DNA of 64,000 nt from Schmidtea nova (Eukaryota). The notes under the pieces are model-generated. The model ran no database searches. It was not told the origin of the DNA and worked only from the letters and a program-made list of their open reading frames with translations. The stretch lies in the NCBI GenBank assembly GCA_044892505.1, contig CM097883.1, positions 238,886,001 to 238,950,000 of the forward strand, read 5' to 3'. Every line of letters begins with the position of its first letter. Position 1 is the first letter of the stretch. The position numbers and the translations under genes were made by a program. This document shows, in pieces, positions 23,093 through 35,529 of this stretch.

Positions 23093-23551
23093 ATGGAGAA
23101 CAAAATAAAAGAAATGCAAATGTTTTTCGAGACAAACAACGAGACAGTGGAGACAATAACGGGAAAGCTAAGACGACTCGAGGTAATAGAATACCATGAA
23201 CCGACAAACAACACAGAAAGAGCCGAAATGATGATGAGCATAAGTGAAAATAAGAACACGATTGATACAGCAACACGATATAAATGGTACAGAGAGCGAT
23301 TGGACAACCCTGTAATGAATATCGAGTGCCACAGGCTAGAACAACAAATAGTAACGAAACACGAAGAATGGATTAAAACAACAACAGAACATACGAGACA
23401 GTATCTGACGTGTTACATCTGTGAAATGAATAAGATACAGATAATGTTGTTGCAATGTGGGCATTTTCGATTTTGTAATGACTGTAAAATCAAGGAACGA
23501 TGTTCTATGTGCAACCTTCCAGTATCTGAAAGAATAACAGTGTACTCGTAA
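23093..23551 (+). CDS. 152-aa protein with a C-terminal IAP-type C3HC4 RING (putative E3 ligase), no BIR
   Basis: CYICEMNKIQIMLLQCGHFRFCNDC...CSMCNLPVSERITVYS at the extreme C-terminus, as in IAP RINGs. Confidence 0.85.
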   Translation: MENKIKEMQMFFETNNETVETITGKLRRLEVIEYHEPTNNTERAEMMMSISENKNTIDTATRYKWYRERLDNPVMNIECHRLEQQIVTKHEEWIKTTTEHTRQYLTCYICEMNKIQIMLLQCGHFRFCNDCKIKERCSMCNLPVSERITVYS

Positions 23552-24200
23552 TAGAAATAAAGTTTTGAACAAGTGCAATTGTTGTTGAAATTATGAGGGT
23601 TTAATAATGATATGGTAAAAATGACCTAAATAATTATGAGCTACTTACGAATAGTCCGGTAAGCACCCATTGGGGGAACCCACTGATCAACTTACCCGAG
23701 ATGTGTAGAAAGGGGCCAATCGCGGAAATTGGAAAGCTCTTGTGATGTGACTGATCACCACATCTCGCATCAGTGGACCAATGCGATCTTTTTATATGTT
23801 TTGGTTGGGTGAAAGGTAGGAACAACTCAATGAGGTTTAGGCGCGCGCAGGAAAATATAAAAATAGGATGTTAAACTGATCAGTAAAGAGAGAGAGAATG
23901 ATGAAATGAATAAGATGAATGGAGAAATGTAGTATATGACGAAAGGCACGTAGTCAGCTCGCATAAAATAAAATCAAGTAGAGAATTTGAGGAATCAATA
24001 GTAGAATAAAGGAGTTGTTATAAATAGGCCGAGTAAATGGAAAACTCGAAGCTAAATGAAGTCCTTGAAAGAAAAGAAATAATAAAGGGGTTCTAAAGGG
24101 AAAGGATTCGCCCATAGTTCTTGAAACATAGGACTCAACGAAACGCGATAATACATTCTCCGAAGAAGCATAAGCAACCACTGAGAGATGATATTTCGAT

Positions 24201-24485
24201 TTCTCGTTAGTGAGCATAGTTCTCGTAGTGAGCATAGGTCTCGTTATTGAACATAACCTCGTAGTGAGCATAGTTCTCGTTAGTGAACATAGTTATCGTA
24301 GTGAGCATAGTTCTCATCTGTGAGAGTATCTCTCGTAGTAAGCATAGTTCTCATCAGTGAGCTTAGTCTCGTAGTGAACGTAGTCCTCATCAGTGAGCAT
24401 ATTTCTCGTCAGTGAGCATAGTTCTCGTCAGTGAGCATAGTTCGTGCTAGTGAGCCCAGTTCTCATCTGTGAACATAATACTCGT
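24201..24485 (+). repeat. Tandem array of about 15 units of 18-19 bp (TTCTCGTAGTGAGCATAG)
   Basis: Directly visible, in the leader of the giant element. Confidence 0.9.
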
Positions 24486-24830
24486 TCGAATAGAATATTG
24501 AGAAAAGCCCACGAGAAAGACAGCGAAGTGAGGCAAATGAGGACTAAATGAAGTATAAAACTATCCGGATAGTAGAGATGAATAAGTGATAAGGGAGATG
24601 AATAAAGGATAATAGAGATGAATAACCGATAATGAGACGGATAATGAATAGTAGAAAAGAATAGTGAATAATGATGAATAACGGTTGAAAGAAACCGAAT
24701 TGATAATGAGAGATTTAAAGGTGCGCACCAGGGGTATTGAAGAATGCGAGTAAAGCCGATTACGTGGCCTAGTGATATTAAAGTATGTATACAGTGAAGA
24801 GTAATAAAGTAAAATGAGTAAATGAAAGGT

Positions 24831-25297
24831 GGTGACTGGAAAACTCAGCAGACCATGGGATTAGACGAGAATAAAAGGAAACCGGTTTGTCAGGACAGAT
24901 AAAGTGGTAAAGACGCTGACTGGAAAACCCAGCAGGTCAATGGTAACGGTCATAGAAGATAGAGAGAATAAAAGTGAGTAATAATAGGAAAAGTGGTGAA
25001 ATTGAGGACGCTGACTGGAAAACCCAGCAGGTCAAAAGTGATGATCATCGGAGTAAAGAGGAGTTAAAAGTCGATAGTAAAGGGATAAATGAAAGGTAAT
25101 AAAAGCGCTGACTGGAAAACCCAGCAGTCTAACGAAACGACAATTAGTGTCGAGAATAACGAAGCAGAAGTAAAAGGTGAGATTAAAAGTGCTGACTGGA
25201 AAACCCAGCAGGTTAACGAGATAATGAGTGAAGTCGAGGGAAACAGAGCTCGAGACAAAAGGTGAGATTAAAGGCGCTGACTGGACAGCCCAGCAGG
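24831..25297 (+). repeat. Six interspaced hairpin repeats GCTGACTGGAAAACCCAGCAG
   Basis: Copies at 24831, 24915, 25010, 25107, 25191, 25276 (spacing 84-97 nt). Confidence 0.9.
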
Positions 25298-25818
25298 CCA
25301 ACGAGAGATGTCAGTTGAATTAAAGGTGAGTAGAGATGAGAGTTGAAATGAAGTAGTAAACGCAGTTAAGAGTGCGAATAAGAAATAGAGTGAGTAGTCG
25401 AGAAACAGAGTAGTCGATAGATAAGGGGAAATTTGAACTCATAGCCATAGAAGCTTGAGAAAAGTAAAGGGAATAATAAGAACGTGGAGCGACAAAGTAA
25501 TTAGGGAACTGGGGAAAAGTAATTGGTGTAGTTGATAAAGTATAGATAATTGATACGACTGCCTAGATAATTAATATAGACTTAAAATCAGGGGAAATGG
25601 GACAAATGGGGATCTTCATGAATTATGACTACACCCGTGAGAGGGACGAGAAATACGATAACGGGGACGTATCGTGTAAGTGATTATTTGTTTTAAGGAA
25701 ACAAATCAATCAAGCAATTCAAAGCAATCTAGCAGTCAAGGCAATCAAAAGAAACAAATCGAAGAAGAAGCAAATCAAAAGCGAAGTAGATAACCAGTTG
25801 AGAATATAAGAAGCTGAG

Positions 25819-28643
25819 TAGTAGACAAAATTGCGGAACAAGAAACAAGAGCAGGTACAATACCAATCCTAACAGAAGCAGAAAGAAAAGCAGCAAAAAA
25901 GGCAAGAGCCAGGAATAATGCAGCGCAACTAAAGAATAAACTAGTAGAGATCAGTGATAACTCGAGTAACAAAGAGAACCAAGAAGAAACCCCAGAGAAT
26001 CCAGAAGTACAAAACGAAGTGGAAACGAGAGACGGTGAATTAGTCAGAGAAAATAATACAAACAGCGAAACAGAGGATAACGAACCAGAGAGTAACGAAG
26101 AAGAGGAATCTAACCCAGAAACAAGTGGTGAACTAGAAGCAAAGAGAACTAGTACAGCATTCCAAGACAGTGGAATCGGGATGAGTGATCACAGAGCGGA
26201 TCTGAGAGAAAAATTAAAGGGCGAATCGTTTAATGGAGATGCCAGCAGACTAGATACGTTTCTAAAAGAATTAGGCATATTCGTGGATATATGTGGATGG
26301 AGTGCGGAAACGTTGGTGAATCGAATCCCGCTATACTTGAAAGATTGTGCGTTGGATCTGTATATTGAAAAGAGATCGGGAAGTAGTCCACCCAGAACGT
26401 GGGAAGCGATCAAGGAGTTCTTCCAACAGACGTTCGGGATAAACAAAGTATTGAATGAAGCATTCGATGAATTCTCCACGAGAAAACAGAAGAGAAATGA
26501 TTCAAATGCGGTATACGTAAGTGAATTAAGAAAGTTGGCTAAACTGGCATTCAACAGAGGAAGTCCAGTAGACGAAGAATTGATGACAGCATTTTTCGTA
26601 CGAGGTCTCAGGAGACCTAACATCAGAGCACAAGTAGGATGCAAAGGATGTAAAGCGGTGGATGAAGCGTTGGAAGCAGCCAACCTTTTCGAATTGCATA
26701 TGGCAATGAACGATATGAGGATTACGGCAGTAATGGGAAAAACGACGGAAGATGAAAAACAAGGAAAAAGAAACATGAATCAAAGTATTCCCCATTCGCA
26801 GAGATTGTTCAAGGAACCGCCAGCGAGGAAAAATAACGGATATATCATGGTAAACACGAATAGAGGAAACAGTTACAACGACAGGCAGAATAGGCAATGT
26901 CAGACGTGTGGGAAAAGCGGACATTGGCAACAAGATTGTTTTCAGAATGTAGCCTGTTTATTGTGTGGACAAAAAGGTCATTCAGAGAATCGATGTTACG
27001 GGAAAACGTGTTACACATGTGGAAAAACCGGACACATGTCAAGAGAGTGTAATCAGCAGAGAAGCTGGTCAAACAGTGGAAATAGACAGAATTAAGGAAA
27101 TCGACCAAGCTATGGGAATCAGAGTCAACAACGGAACAACCAAAATAGCAATGCAAACGAAGCCAGTATGAAAGAAGCCAAGTTGAGACAGGAGGTATCC
27201 AGATTACACGAGATAATCGAAAGCATGGCAAAGGGAAGCCAGCAAGCTGCTCAACCGAAGATAAACATGATCCAATTAATAGAAGCCGAGGCCGAAAGAG
27301 AAAATAAAGAGAGTCAACAGAAACATAATCAAGAATGGGCCAGAATACGACGAGAAGAAGAACAAGTCAGACAGCAATGGCTACAACAGTTGAAAATGGG
27401 AAATCCAAGGATCAACATGATACGAGCAATAATGAAGAAGAAGCAGCAAGATAATTCGGAAGAAGCTGAAGTTGAAAGAAAAAGAAACGAGGAACAGAAA
27501 CAAGAAGAAGTGAATCGGGAAGTAGAAACCGCAGAGCAGAATCAAAAAGATGAAGAAACAGAAAAAGAGACAGAAACAGAAAAAGAAACAGAAAAAGAAG
27601 CGAATCAAGAAACAGAAGTGAGAATCAAACAAAGAGGAATGTTGGTGATCATGCCAAATGATCACGTGTTTCGATTCAAATATGATGTAAAAGAAGAAGT
27701 GGGAAGACTGTTCAATAAGGTAAATGAGATGATTCCGAGAGTGACAAAACTGCCTAGAGAAGCATTCCTACAAACAGAAGATCTACCGGAAGTGAAGCTG
27801 AAGATGACTGATATATGGGAAGATATGGGAGTAACAGAGACGAAAATAAACGTGATGATCATCAGAGAGGTGGAACCGGAGAAAATCCCACCACCAGTGA
27901 AACATGAAACTCGAATCAGTCGGATATTCAAAGGGAAAATAAGACGAAGACGGTTGGAAGAAATATATGAGTTGGAGAAAAGAATGGGAAAAGTTGAGAT
28001 AAAAAGAAACGAGAGTGAACCAACACAGGAAATTATCAAAAACGAAGCGAGACCAACCGCACATATTGGGATGCTGAGACACACAAGACAAGATTTGTCA
28101 GATGGAGAAGACGACAGCGAAGTTAGCAGTCTGGCAGGAGACATGCTAAAGGAACCGGAAAACGAAGATAAAAAGATGGAAGTAGTTGAGACGATGGAAA
28201 CAATGTCAGTAAAGGAAGACGAAATTCAGAAGTTGATGAATAATGCGTTGGAAGTGATCCATAACGAGGAGTTTACCGACAAGAAACGATACCGAAAGTT
28301 TATACGAGCAGTAAAGCAGATGAAGCATAAAGAATGGTTACAGGAAAGAGAGGTGAGAGTAATACAAGAATACGTGGAGAAGTTATTAAAAGAACCACTC
28401 AACGAATACGTAATACAAATATGGTTAAACGAGTGTACACCGAGAATCTGGATAAAGAACCCAATGACGGATGAAATTTACCGATGGGTTGAAGACAGAT
28501 TGGGAAGCTCATACAAAGACAAGTTCATATATTCGGAAAACGGATCGGTGGAAAAAGGAACGCATATGATAGCCACAGGCATATGGCCAGGAGAAATAAC
28601 AACGTTATTATACAACGTTATTAACAACGGAATTATACTTTAA
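25819..28643 (+). pseudogene. Giant Gag-containing ORF (capsid-like region, 3 CCHC knuckles, long charged coiled-coil) with one in-frame TAA at 27093-27095
   Basis: Listed ORFs 26019-27095 and 27168-28643 share one frame that is open from ~25819. Knuckles CQTCGKSGHWQQDC, CLLCGQKGHSENRC, CYTCGKTGHMSREC. The last ~10 codons come from the adjacent LTR. Confidence 0.85.
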
Positions 28644-31600
28644 CATAATGTGCACTTAAAACCTGATACTACATAAAAACGTAAATGTCAATTCATCCAT
28701 CGATGTCTTTTCCATTATATAATTTATCTGTATAAGAATATTTTACTCGTCGTTCGCCTTCATTCTCACAACAATTGTCATCTTATCCGAAAACACAAGT
28801 AAAATAGAAGCTAATATTGAAAAGAGAATCGTTTAAAATAATGCTCAAAGCTGATAAAATGATCACGAAATGAAACGAATTATGAAGACAAGTATTGATT
28901 GATCTGAATTAAACCTCATTAATTATCTAAATAATTTTTCTCCAGTGAACCTTGTTTTCTGGAGCCTGAAGTTCCCAAGTGGAGTGTCTCGAAAAATTCG
29001 CGCGCACTTTGGTTGGGAAATTCATGCTCGAACGAAACCGAAATTCACCTTACTTGATGTCGAAAACCATTCTTTGAAAAAATTTACAATTTATTTTGCT
29101 TTTATTTTATTTAGTATATAAAATTTTTTTTTAGATTAAATTCTTATTTGGATTACGAAATTTTTGGATAAAGATTTATTATTATGTAGATTTCGTAGTT
29201 GATCATAAAAATAAAATTTACTTTTTATTATATTGCGAAAAATTTATAATGAAAAAATTGTAAACCAAAAATTTTCCTAGGAGTTTGTAAATCAAAAATT
29301 ATATTGGAACACATGAAAATTATAAATCGAAAGTATTGTTATTATATCAAAAATTTTATCATTTTATAAAATTCCAAATTCGAAATTTCATAGAAAAATT
29401 TACAATTAGTATGTATATCCTTAAACTATAAAAATTAGAACCCAAAAATTTATATTACAAAAATTTGAAATTTTATTGTTAAATAATATTTATAAAATTA
29501 TTTTAAAATCTAGTAAAAAGAATTGTGAAATTACTATTATTATTTTAATTCTAAAAATATTTTATATATAAATATATATTGTTTTATAAAATACCCCCCC
29601 CACGATATCACCAGTCATATTACATCCATATTTGCAAAACAATACATCCATTTCATTCAATAACACCATCCATACTAATACCACATGCGACATATACTTA
29701 AATACAACACAAACACATACACTACCACATTTCAATCAATAGGATCTTCTATGCTAAATAATACAATAGACAATACATCCACTCACCAACATACACAACG
29801 TGATTTCATCTCACAGTATTCACTAGCATCATACATCCATACGATCCCCACAAATATTCATACAATCACATCCATTGTTTATCGCCTATTATAGTAGTAT
29901 CATTCCCAACATACAAACACACGCAATCACATAAATTCATAACAATAGGGCATTCATTTCAAACGTACTATAGAATATACATACACACACCTCTTAACTT
30001 ATTTCAATTTACCTCACCGAACTACAACACGCCCCATATCCATACAAATTCGATTATAATTCACTTCGACAAAATTGGTTTTGATATGTACCCATTAGTA
30101 ACCCAGCTAACCCAACAAAGACCCCTGGGATAATAATTGACCCCTAAAATAAACTCCGAAACCAGAATTACCTCTCCAAAATCGACCATAAACGTTACCT
30201 AGTATCCGAAGCATAGTTCAAACTACTCAGTAATCATAATATACAACAATCAGTAGGAAACCAAAAATTATTAGTCAAAGGAGCACATATGAGTATAACA
30301 TATTTTGTTGTAATAAATTTTATCGAGATTCGGCAAATTGAACTTTAATTAGTCCCAAAAAAACCCCCGGAAAATCTGCAAATCAAGAACTCACATTGTA
30401 AGTCAACGTCATATGAAATCTAAGTCCCATTCATTTGTTAACCTGCTAACGATTTGTATCCATACCTAATAGCCAGCTTTATTAATTTAAAAAAGTTTTT
30501 TTTGTGTCGTACCACTTAAAAAACGATCCAACCGATTCACAATAAAATCATAGAGTATTACTAATAATGATAAAAATAAAATCAAATACATTAAAGAAAA
30601 TTTTATTTATAAATTTATACAATAGAAAAAATTACAGTAAATCGTATTAAATTCATCAAAAGTGAAACCATAGAAAATTGGTAAAAGAAATCACGTAACT
30701 AACCGTGCCAGAGAATCTAACAAGGAAGGGCAGATTAAAATCCAAAGCGAAAAAATTTATATAACCAAAAAATTTCCAAACGAAACCCAGTAAATGTGGA
30801 GAAATCTCAGAGTAAATTGATGCTAAAAATCAGAATTTCAATAATAAACCAAAGAGAAATAATATGGAAGTTACTTTAGTTCGGAAATCATTGAAGTTGA
30901 TTTTTGATTATCTGCTGATAGGCGAGAGCAGCTATTTGCATTGACGCTTGCTGCAGTTCTGTGGAGAAGTGATCATCCACCTCAGGAGATTTGAGTCGCT
31001 AAAAGGAGAAAACTGTAATTATAAACATAAAAATTTGAATGTGACTTACCAGCTTGAAAATCAAAATTGAGGGAAATCTTCTTCCTAAAAATAACTAAAA
31101 TCGATAGTTATAATATAGAATTTAAATTTTCATAATAGAAATTACCCAATAGGAATTAAGAAATCTTGCTTCCCCACTTATATAGTTTTCTTCTTTTACG
31201 GGGGAACGGCGTCGTTTTCAGGGGTATCTTGATTCGAGTTGAATTTCCTAAAATAAAATAAAATTTAGAATTAGAAAATATAGGAAATATTCGGAATTAA
31301 AAGATATTAATAAAATCAAATTTACTTAATATTTAGGAAGTTTATATTGATACCGTTGCCAATGCCTCGGTGAGAATTCAAATGTTAAAATCATCAAATT
31401 TTAATAAAAAATATAATTAAACTTATAAAGCAAGATAGACATTAGGTATAGGGGATTAAAATTCTTATTGAGACTTTAATAAAAGGAAAAAAACTGTAAT
31501 AGAAAAATCTTAATCAATCATTATAAAACATAATTACGATTAAATAATTATTCCCGCAAAATATATGTTTTCGGTTGAAATCTAGCTTCCCGAATTGAGT

Positions 31601-32839
31601 TGGCGATGGTATACTTGAGTATAAGCTTGTAATTAATGATGAATGCGCAAATATTCCTGTGTTTTGAGATAATATTGTGTATAATAGTTGGTTGTGAAAA
31701 ATCAATAAATGTTCATCGATAAAATTATTGTATCTTACTAATTTAAAATGAATATTTAAAATTAAATTATAATGTTAGATGAAGACTTAAATGTTTTTTT
31801 GAATGTGTGATTTTAGATGTCAGAAATGAACCTGGACCAAAAATTTGAAGAGATGCACCGGTTGATTTTGGAAAATGCCCGACACAATCGCCGGGTGGAT
31901 CAGTGCTTCGCCGAGCTAAAAAGGCGAAAACATCAAATTCCGACGCGTTGCAAATTATGACCTCCCGGATGGAGAAATTTCGAGCGTGGTGCAGGGATAT
32001 GGAGTCGACCTGGTCGGACAAGGAGACCGTCGACAAACTGAAGAAGCAGAACCAGATGCTTCTACAACAGGCTGCGGAAGACGCAATGAGATTGCGCGCA
32101 TGCCGTGTCACGATGCGAGAGCAGGAGCTCTTGATCGAGAAATTGAGGGTGGATAGAGGCATTATCACCGCCATCTTGCCGAAATCATCGTTGCCACCCC
32201 AAGAATTGTTTCCAGTGAGGGTCGAAGAAGAGATCCTGACGCCTCCGGTTCCGGTGAAATTGACGTGGCAGAAACCCAATAAAGGAGTGAGGGCTCGACG
32301 AAGACGTCGTCAGGAAGCGAAATTGCTGGGGCAAATACGCAGAGTCCTCAGAAGTGATTGACATTACGTTATTGTGATTTGAATCGAACAAATAATATTT
32401 CATCTTGTAAATAATGTTATATTTATTACCATACTTTGTAGTTTATGTTATTGTTTTATTGACATTAAAGTTTTTCTTTTGTGTTTGAAATATTTAATTG
32501 TTTGAATGCGTGAAGGGAATAAATTGAATAAGATCAACTGAGGTTCAGTAGTAAATTTTAATTCGATATAACTTATGATTTTTTTTAATTAAATAATGCA
32601 TAGGAGGGACAAAATGGGCATTAAACCTTCTATCGGTAGCCCTTGGACCCAGGAGATATTCGGTCAATCATAGGTTCGTATTGACGACGCTCACTGATTG
32701 CGAATACCCACCCATTTGTTGCATTACCAACGTTACATTGTGACGGGCAACAAGATGGTTATTTCAATGTTTTGTATGTTGAGTTGTTCATACGAGCCAT
32801 AGCAACGTCAAGGTCATATTGACGATCAGCAACCCACCA
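28630..32839 (+). repeat. Giant LTR family 2, 5'-truncated copy (~4.2 kb)
   Basis: Reverse-complement homologue of 39727-~43870; ends AACCCACCA. Confidence 0.88.
31817..32361 (+). pseudogene. LTR-encoded coiled-coil/Arg-rich protein, family 2 (frameshift near 31925)
   Basis: TTTTAG|ATG MSEMNLDQKFEEMHRLILENARHNRRV..., then ORF 31903-32361 ending KGVRARRRRRQEAKLLGQ. The copy at ~40272-40815 keeps one frame with two stops. Confidence 0.78.
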
Positions 32840-32862
32840 TAATTGATGATTAGAATTTAGAA

Positions 32863-34789
32863 TTATTTAGCTTTATTTAAAAAATAATACTTTAAGAAAA
32901 TTAGTGCATTTAATGATTCAAAGTTTAAGCGGCTTCTTATTTTGGTCAAGAAATTTCCTGCTGTTGAGAAAACCTTTTCTGTAGCGGTAGATGTTGGTTT
33001 TATAGTTAATAAGGCCTCGTATAATCGTTCAAGATTCTCAGTACGCTTTTTGGTTCCATCTAATATTTTAAAATCTGATTTCAAGTCTCTTATATTTTTT
33101 TCCAGTATTAGAACTATTATTCATTAAAATTTCTTCCAAAACTACCTCATTTTCTTCTTTATAAATATCGAAACAACCAATATCATTCGGTGCTTTCTTG
33201 ATACATTCTTTCAATTTTAAGAAACATTCAATCATTGGGATAAGAGAATTCCAGCAGGTTTTACAATCCAACATCAAACTCAAATTTTTGCCTTCATGGT
33301 CTGTGACATAATTTTGCAAAATTGAGTTCCTTACTGGTGAATTTTTAAATTCTTTAATAACGGTTCTGGTTTCTGCTAATGTTTTACCAATATCTGGTCT
33401 AAAAGTTGTAATTATTTCTTCAACATCATCAAAATTTATGTTTGCATTTGTATCCAAATTACTGGGATTTTCTTCACTGTTTTCATCACTGTCATAATTA
33501 TCTTCACCTTCACTTAAAATTATGTTTTCGTTTACAATTTTTTTCTAAAAAACATCAATCACTGCTAGGTGAATAGAATGATTGAAACAAAGTTGGCATA
33601 TAGCTTCTATTAACCTTCCATATTTTTGCATGACTGTAGCTCCATCGTTTGTGGAAGCGATAATGTCTTACGCAAATTTCAGATAAAAGCAAAGTAATTT
33701 TTCATCAACCAAATTTTTCAAGTTAACTGTTTTGCACAAACCATCAATTGGTATCAAACCTAATACATGCTCTTTATTTTTACTGTGTAAGGTTACGTTC
33801 AAATATCATTTAACATTTCTGCCTGTCCATTCGTCTACGGTAATAATAAATTTTTGTCCATTAGTTTTTGAATTCGAGGTCGATAAGTATTTGGCCAGTT
33901 CTGTTCTTTTCTGTACAGCAAAATCTTTAATGTGATTCATGATGGATGTATTACTTTTTGGCATTTCATAACCACGATATTGAACAAATCCCTTTAGAGC
34001 TGAAGAATTTTTAATATCATGTATGGAAAATCCATCCACAGCAGCACATTTTGCTAAAATTTCCCTCAGCGAGTCTCGATTCACGTAATTGCATAAATTA
34101 CCTTGTTCAGTTTTAGTTTTTTTGGCGCACACGGAACCAGTGGATATCATCGGAAGTTCTTCTGAACCATTTCGCTTTTTATTAATAAATATATCGTGTC
34201 TTTTAAAGTGGTTGATCAATGCGGTTGTGGATGACCCTTTACAGAAGATAACATTCCCACACTTCAAACATTTTGCGTCTTCATTATTTTTATTTTTACT
34301 AAAAAAATTCCAGACTTTAGACTTTTTATTTGAGTTCTTGGTTGACATGGCTATTTTAGAAAATTAAATTGTAACTACACTACAAGTAACCTCACAAAAT
34401 ATAATAAACTTACCATCAATTTGTCGAATAAACCTATATCTTCAAAATTAAATATGAAAAAGAAAAACCAATACTATTTTATTTAAATTTATCATAAGTG
34501 TAAATTAATTTTAAACAAATATTTTCGATATACAATTCATTTATTTAGCTCTTGCAATTGTTTACAAAATTAAATATGAAAAAGAACTATTTTATTTGCA
34601 AAGCTTACTATTTTATTTAAATTTATCATAAGGATAAATTAATTTTAAGCAAATAATTTTAAACAAATATCCTGCAATTGCTTAAATAATAACCGAGTAT
34701 TAATGGTAAAAACCGAGTTACCGAGTAACTTATCAAACAGAGAAATAACCGAGTGACCGAGTACTCGATAACCGATTATGGAAACCCTA
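32863..34789 (-). mobile_element. Degenerate hAT transposon, one end lost
   Basis: BED finger (KSKVWNFF...CLKCG...HFKRH), TVDEWT, LDCKTCWNS, PTSTATEKVFSTAG; terminal GGAAACCCTA with ACCGAGT subterminal repeats. Confidence 0.9.
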
Positions 34790-35529
34790 ATGGTGACTGA
34801 GTTCACTGCTTACAGCTTGAGGGAGAGTTTTGAGAGGCCAGGTGACCGGCATATCCATCTTCCCGTTTCGAAAATAGCGAGGAATTTTCGATTTAATTTG
34901 ACGCGATTCGTTTTTGGATAATGAATAGAAAAAACGTTGTTGTGAAAATAGAATTGCAATAAAAAAATAACAAGGAATCTATACAGTTTGGCATTTATAA
35001 ATTTCGCTGCCGGTTGGTTCGATGCAATTTGGGGTGTGCACTGGTCTGCGATGTTATGACTCGGAATCCCTGACAGGAGTATTTAATCGATGGTTGACCC
35101 AATTCAACTGTTGCCTAATCATTATCCCAAAAATTCATGCCGAGTGATCCTTAGTTTACTTAGTGCAGACAATTTGTTTACATCTTCAATTCACTATCTG
35201 GTAACGATGTGGTTATTCGAGTCATCCGAGGTGTCGGTGGGAAATATATGCCCCTCAGGCAATAGCTAACTTGGTTATAGCAAATTTTAAGTAACTGGTT
35301 ATTCGAGACTGATCTCATTCGTTGTACCCTCTTTGCCCACATGTAAGTTAGACCTGATCTGACTGACTATGTTACGTAACTGTGATGGAATAATCATCCA
35401 ACTATTCATTATACATCGATCCAAATCAATTATAACGAAATGAAACAATGTTGCGCAAAAACTGATGTTTGATTTAATGGCGCGGTGATGCAGCGTGTGG
35501 AGACCGCGCAGGAAGAAGATTTAAAGTTC

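Larger units (their letters stand above)
17886..28643 (+). mobile_element. 5' half of a giant Ty3/Gypsy element (Burro-like): LTR, PBS, RING ORF, repeat-rich leader, gag-containing ORF; truncated at ~28630
   Basis: TGTTGGGCC start, LTR end ...ACCAGCA 22527, tRNA-Pro PBS, ~3.3-kb leader, CCHC Gag. pol is absent where a family-2 LTR takes over. Confidence 0.8.

Noticed and set aside
22541-23307. Hydrophobic minus-strand ORFs (192, 118, 73 aa)
   Set aside because: Compositional shadows of a purine-rich plus strand.
24831-25297. CRISPR array
   Set aside because: Eukaryotic context, no cas genes, and the spacers are long and mutually similar; kept only as a retroelement hairpin array.
26189-28144. 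Antisense ORFs over gag; also over the hAT, Tc1 and pol genes elsewhere
   Set aside because: Shadow frames of real coding sequence.
32780-32839. tRNA gene ending in CCA
   Set aside because: No D or anticodon arm, no A/B boxes or TTC loop; the CCA coincides with the LTR att end.
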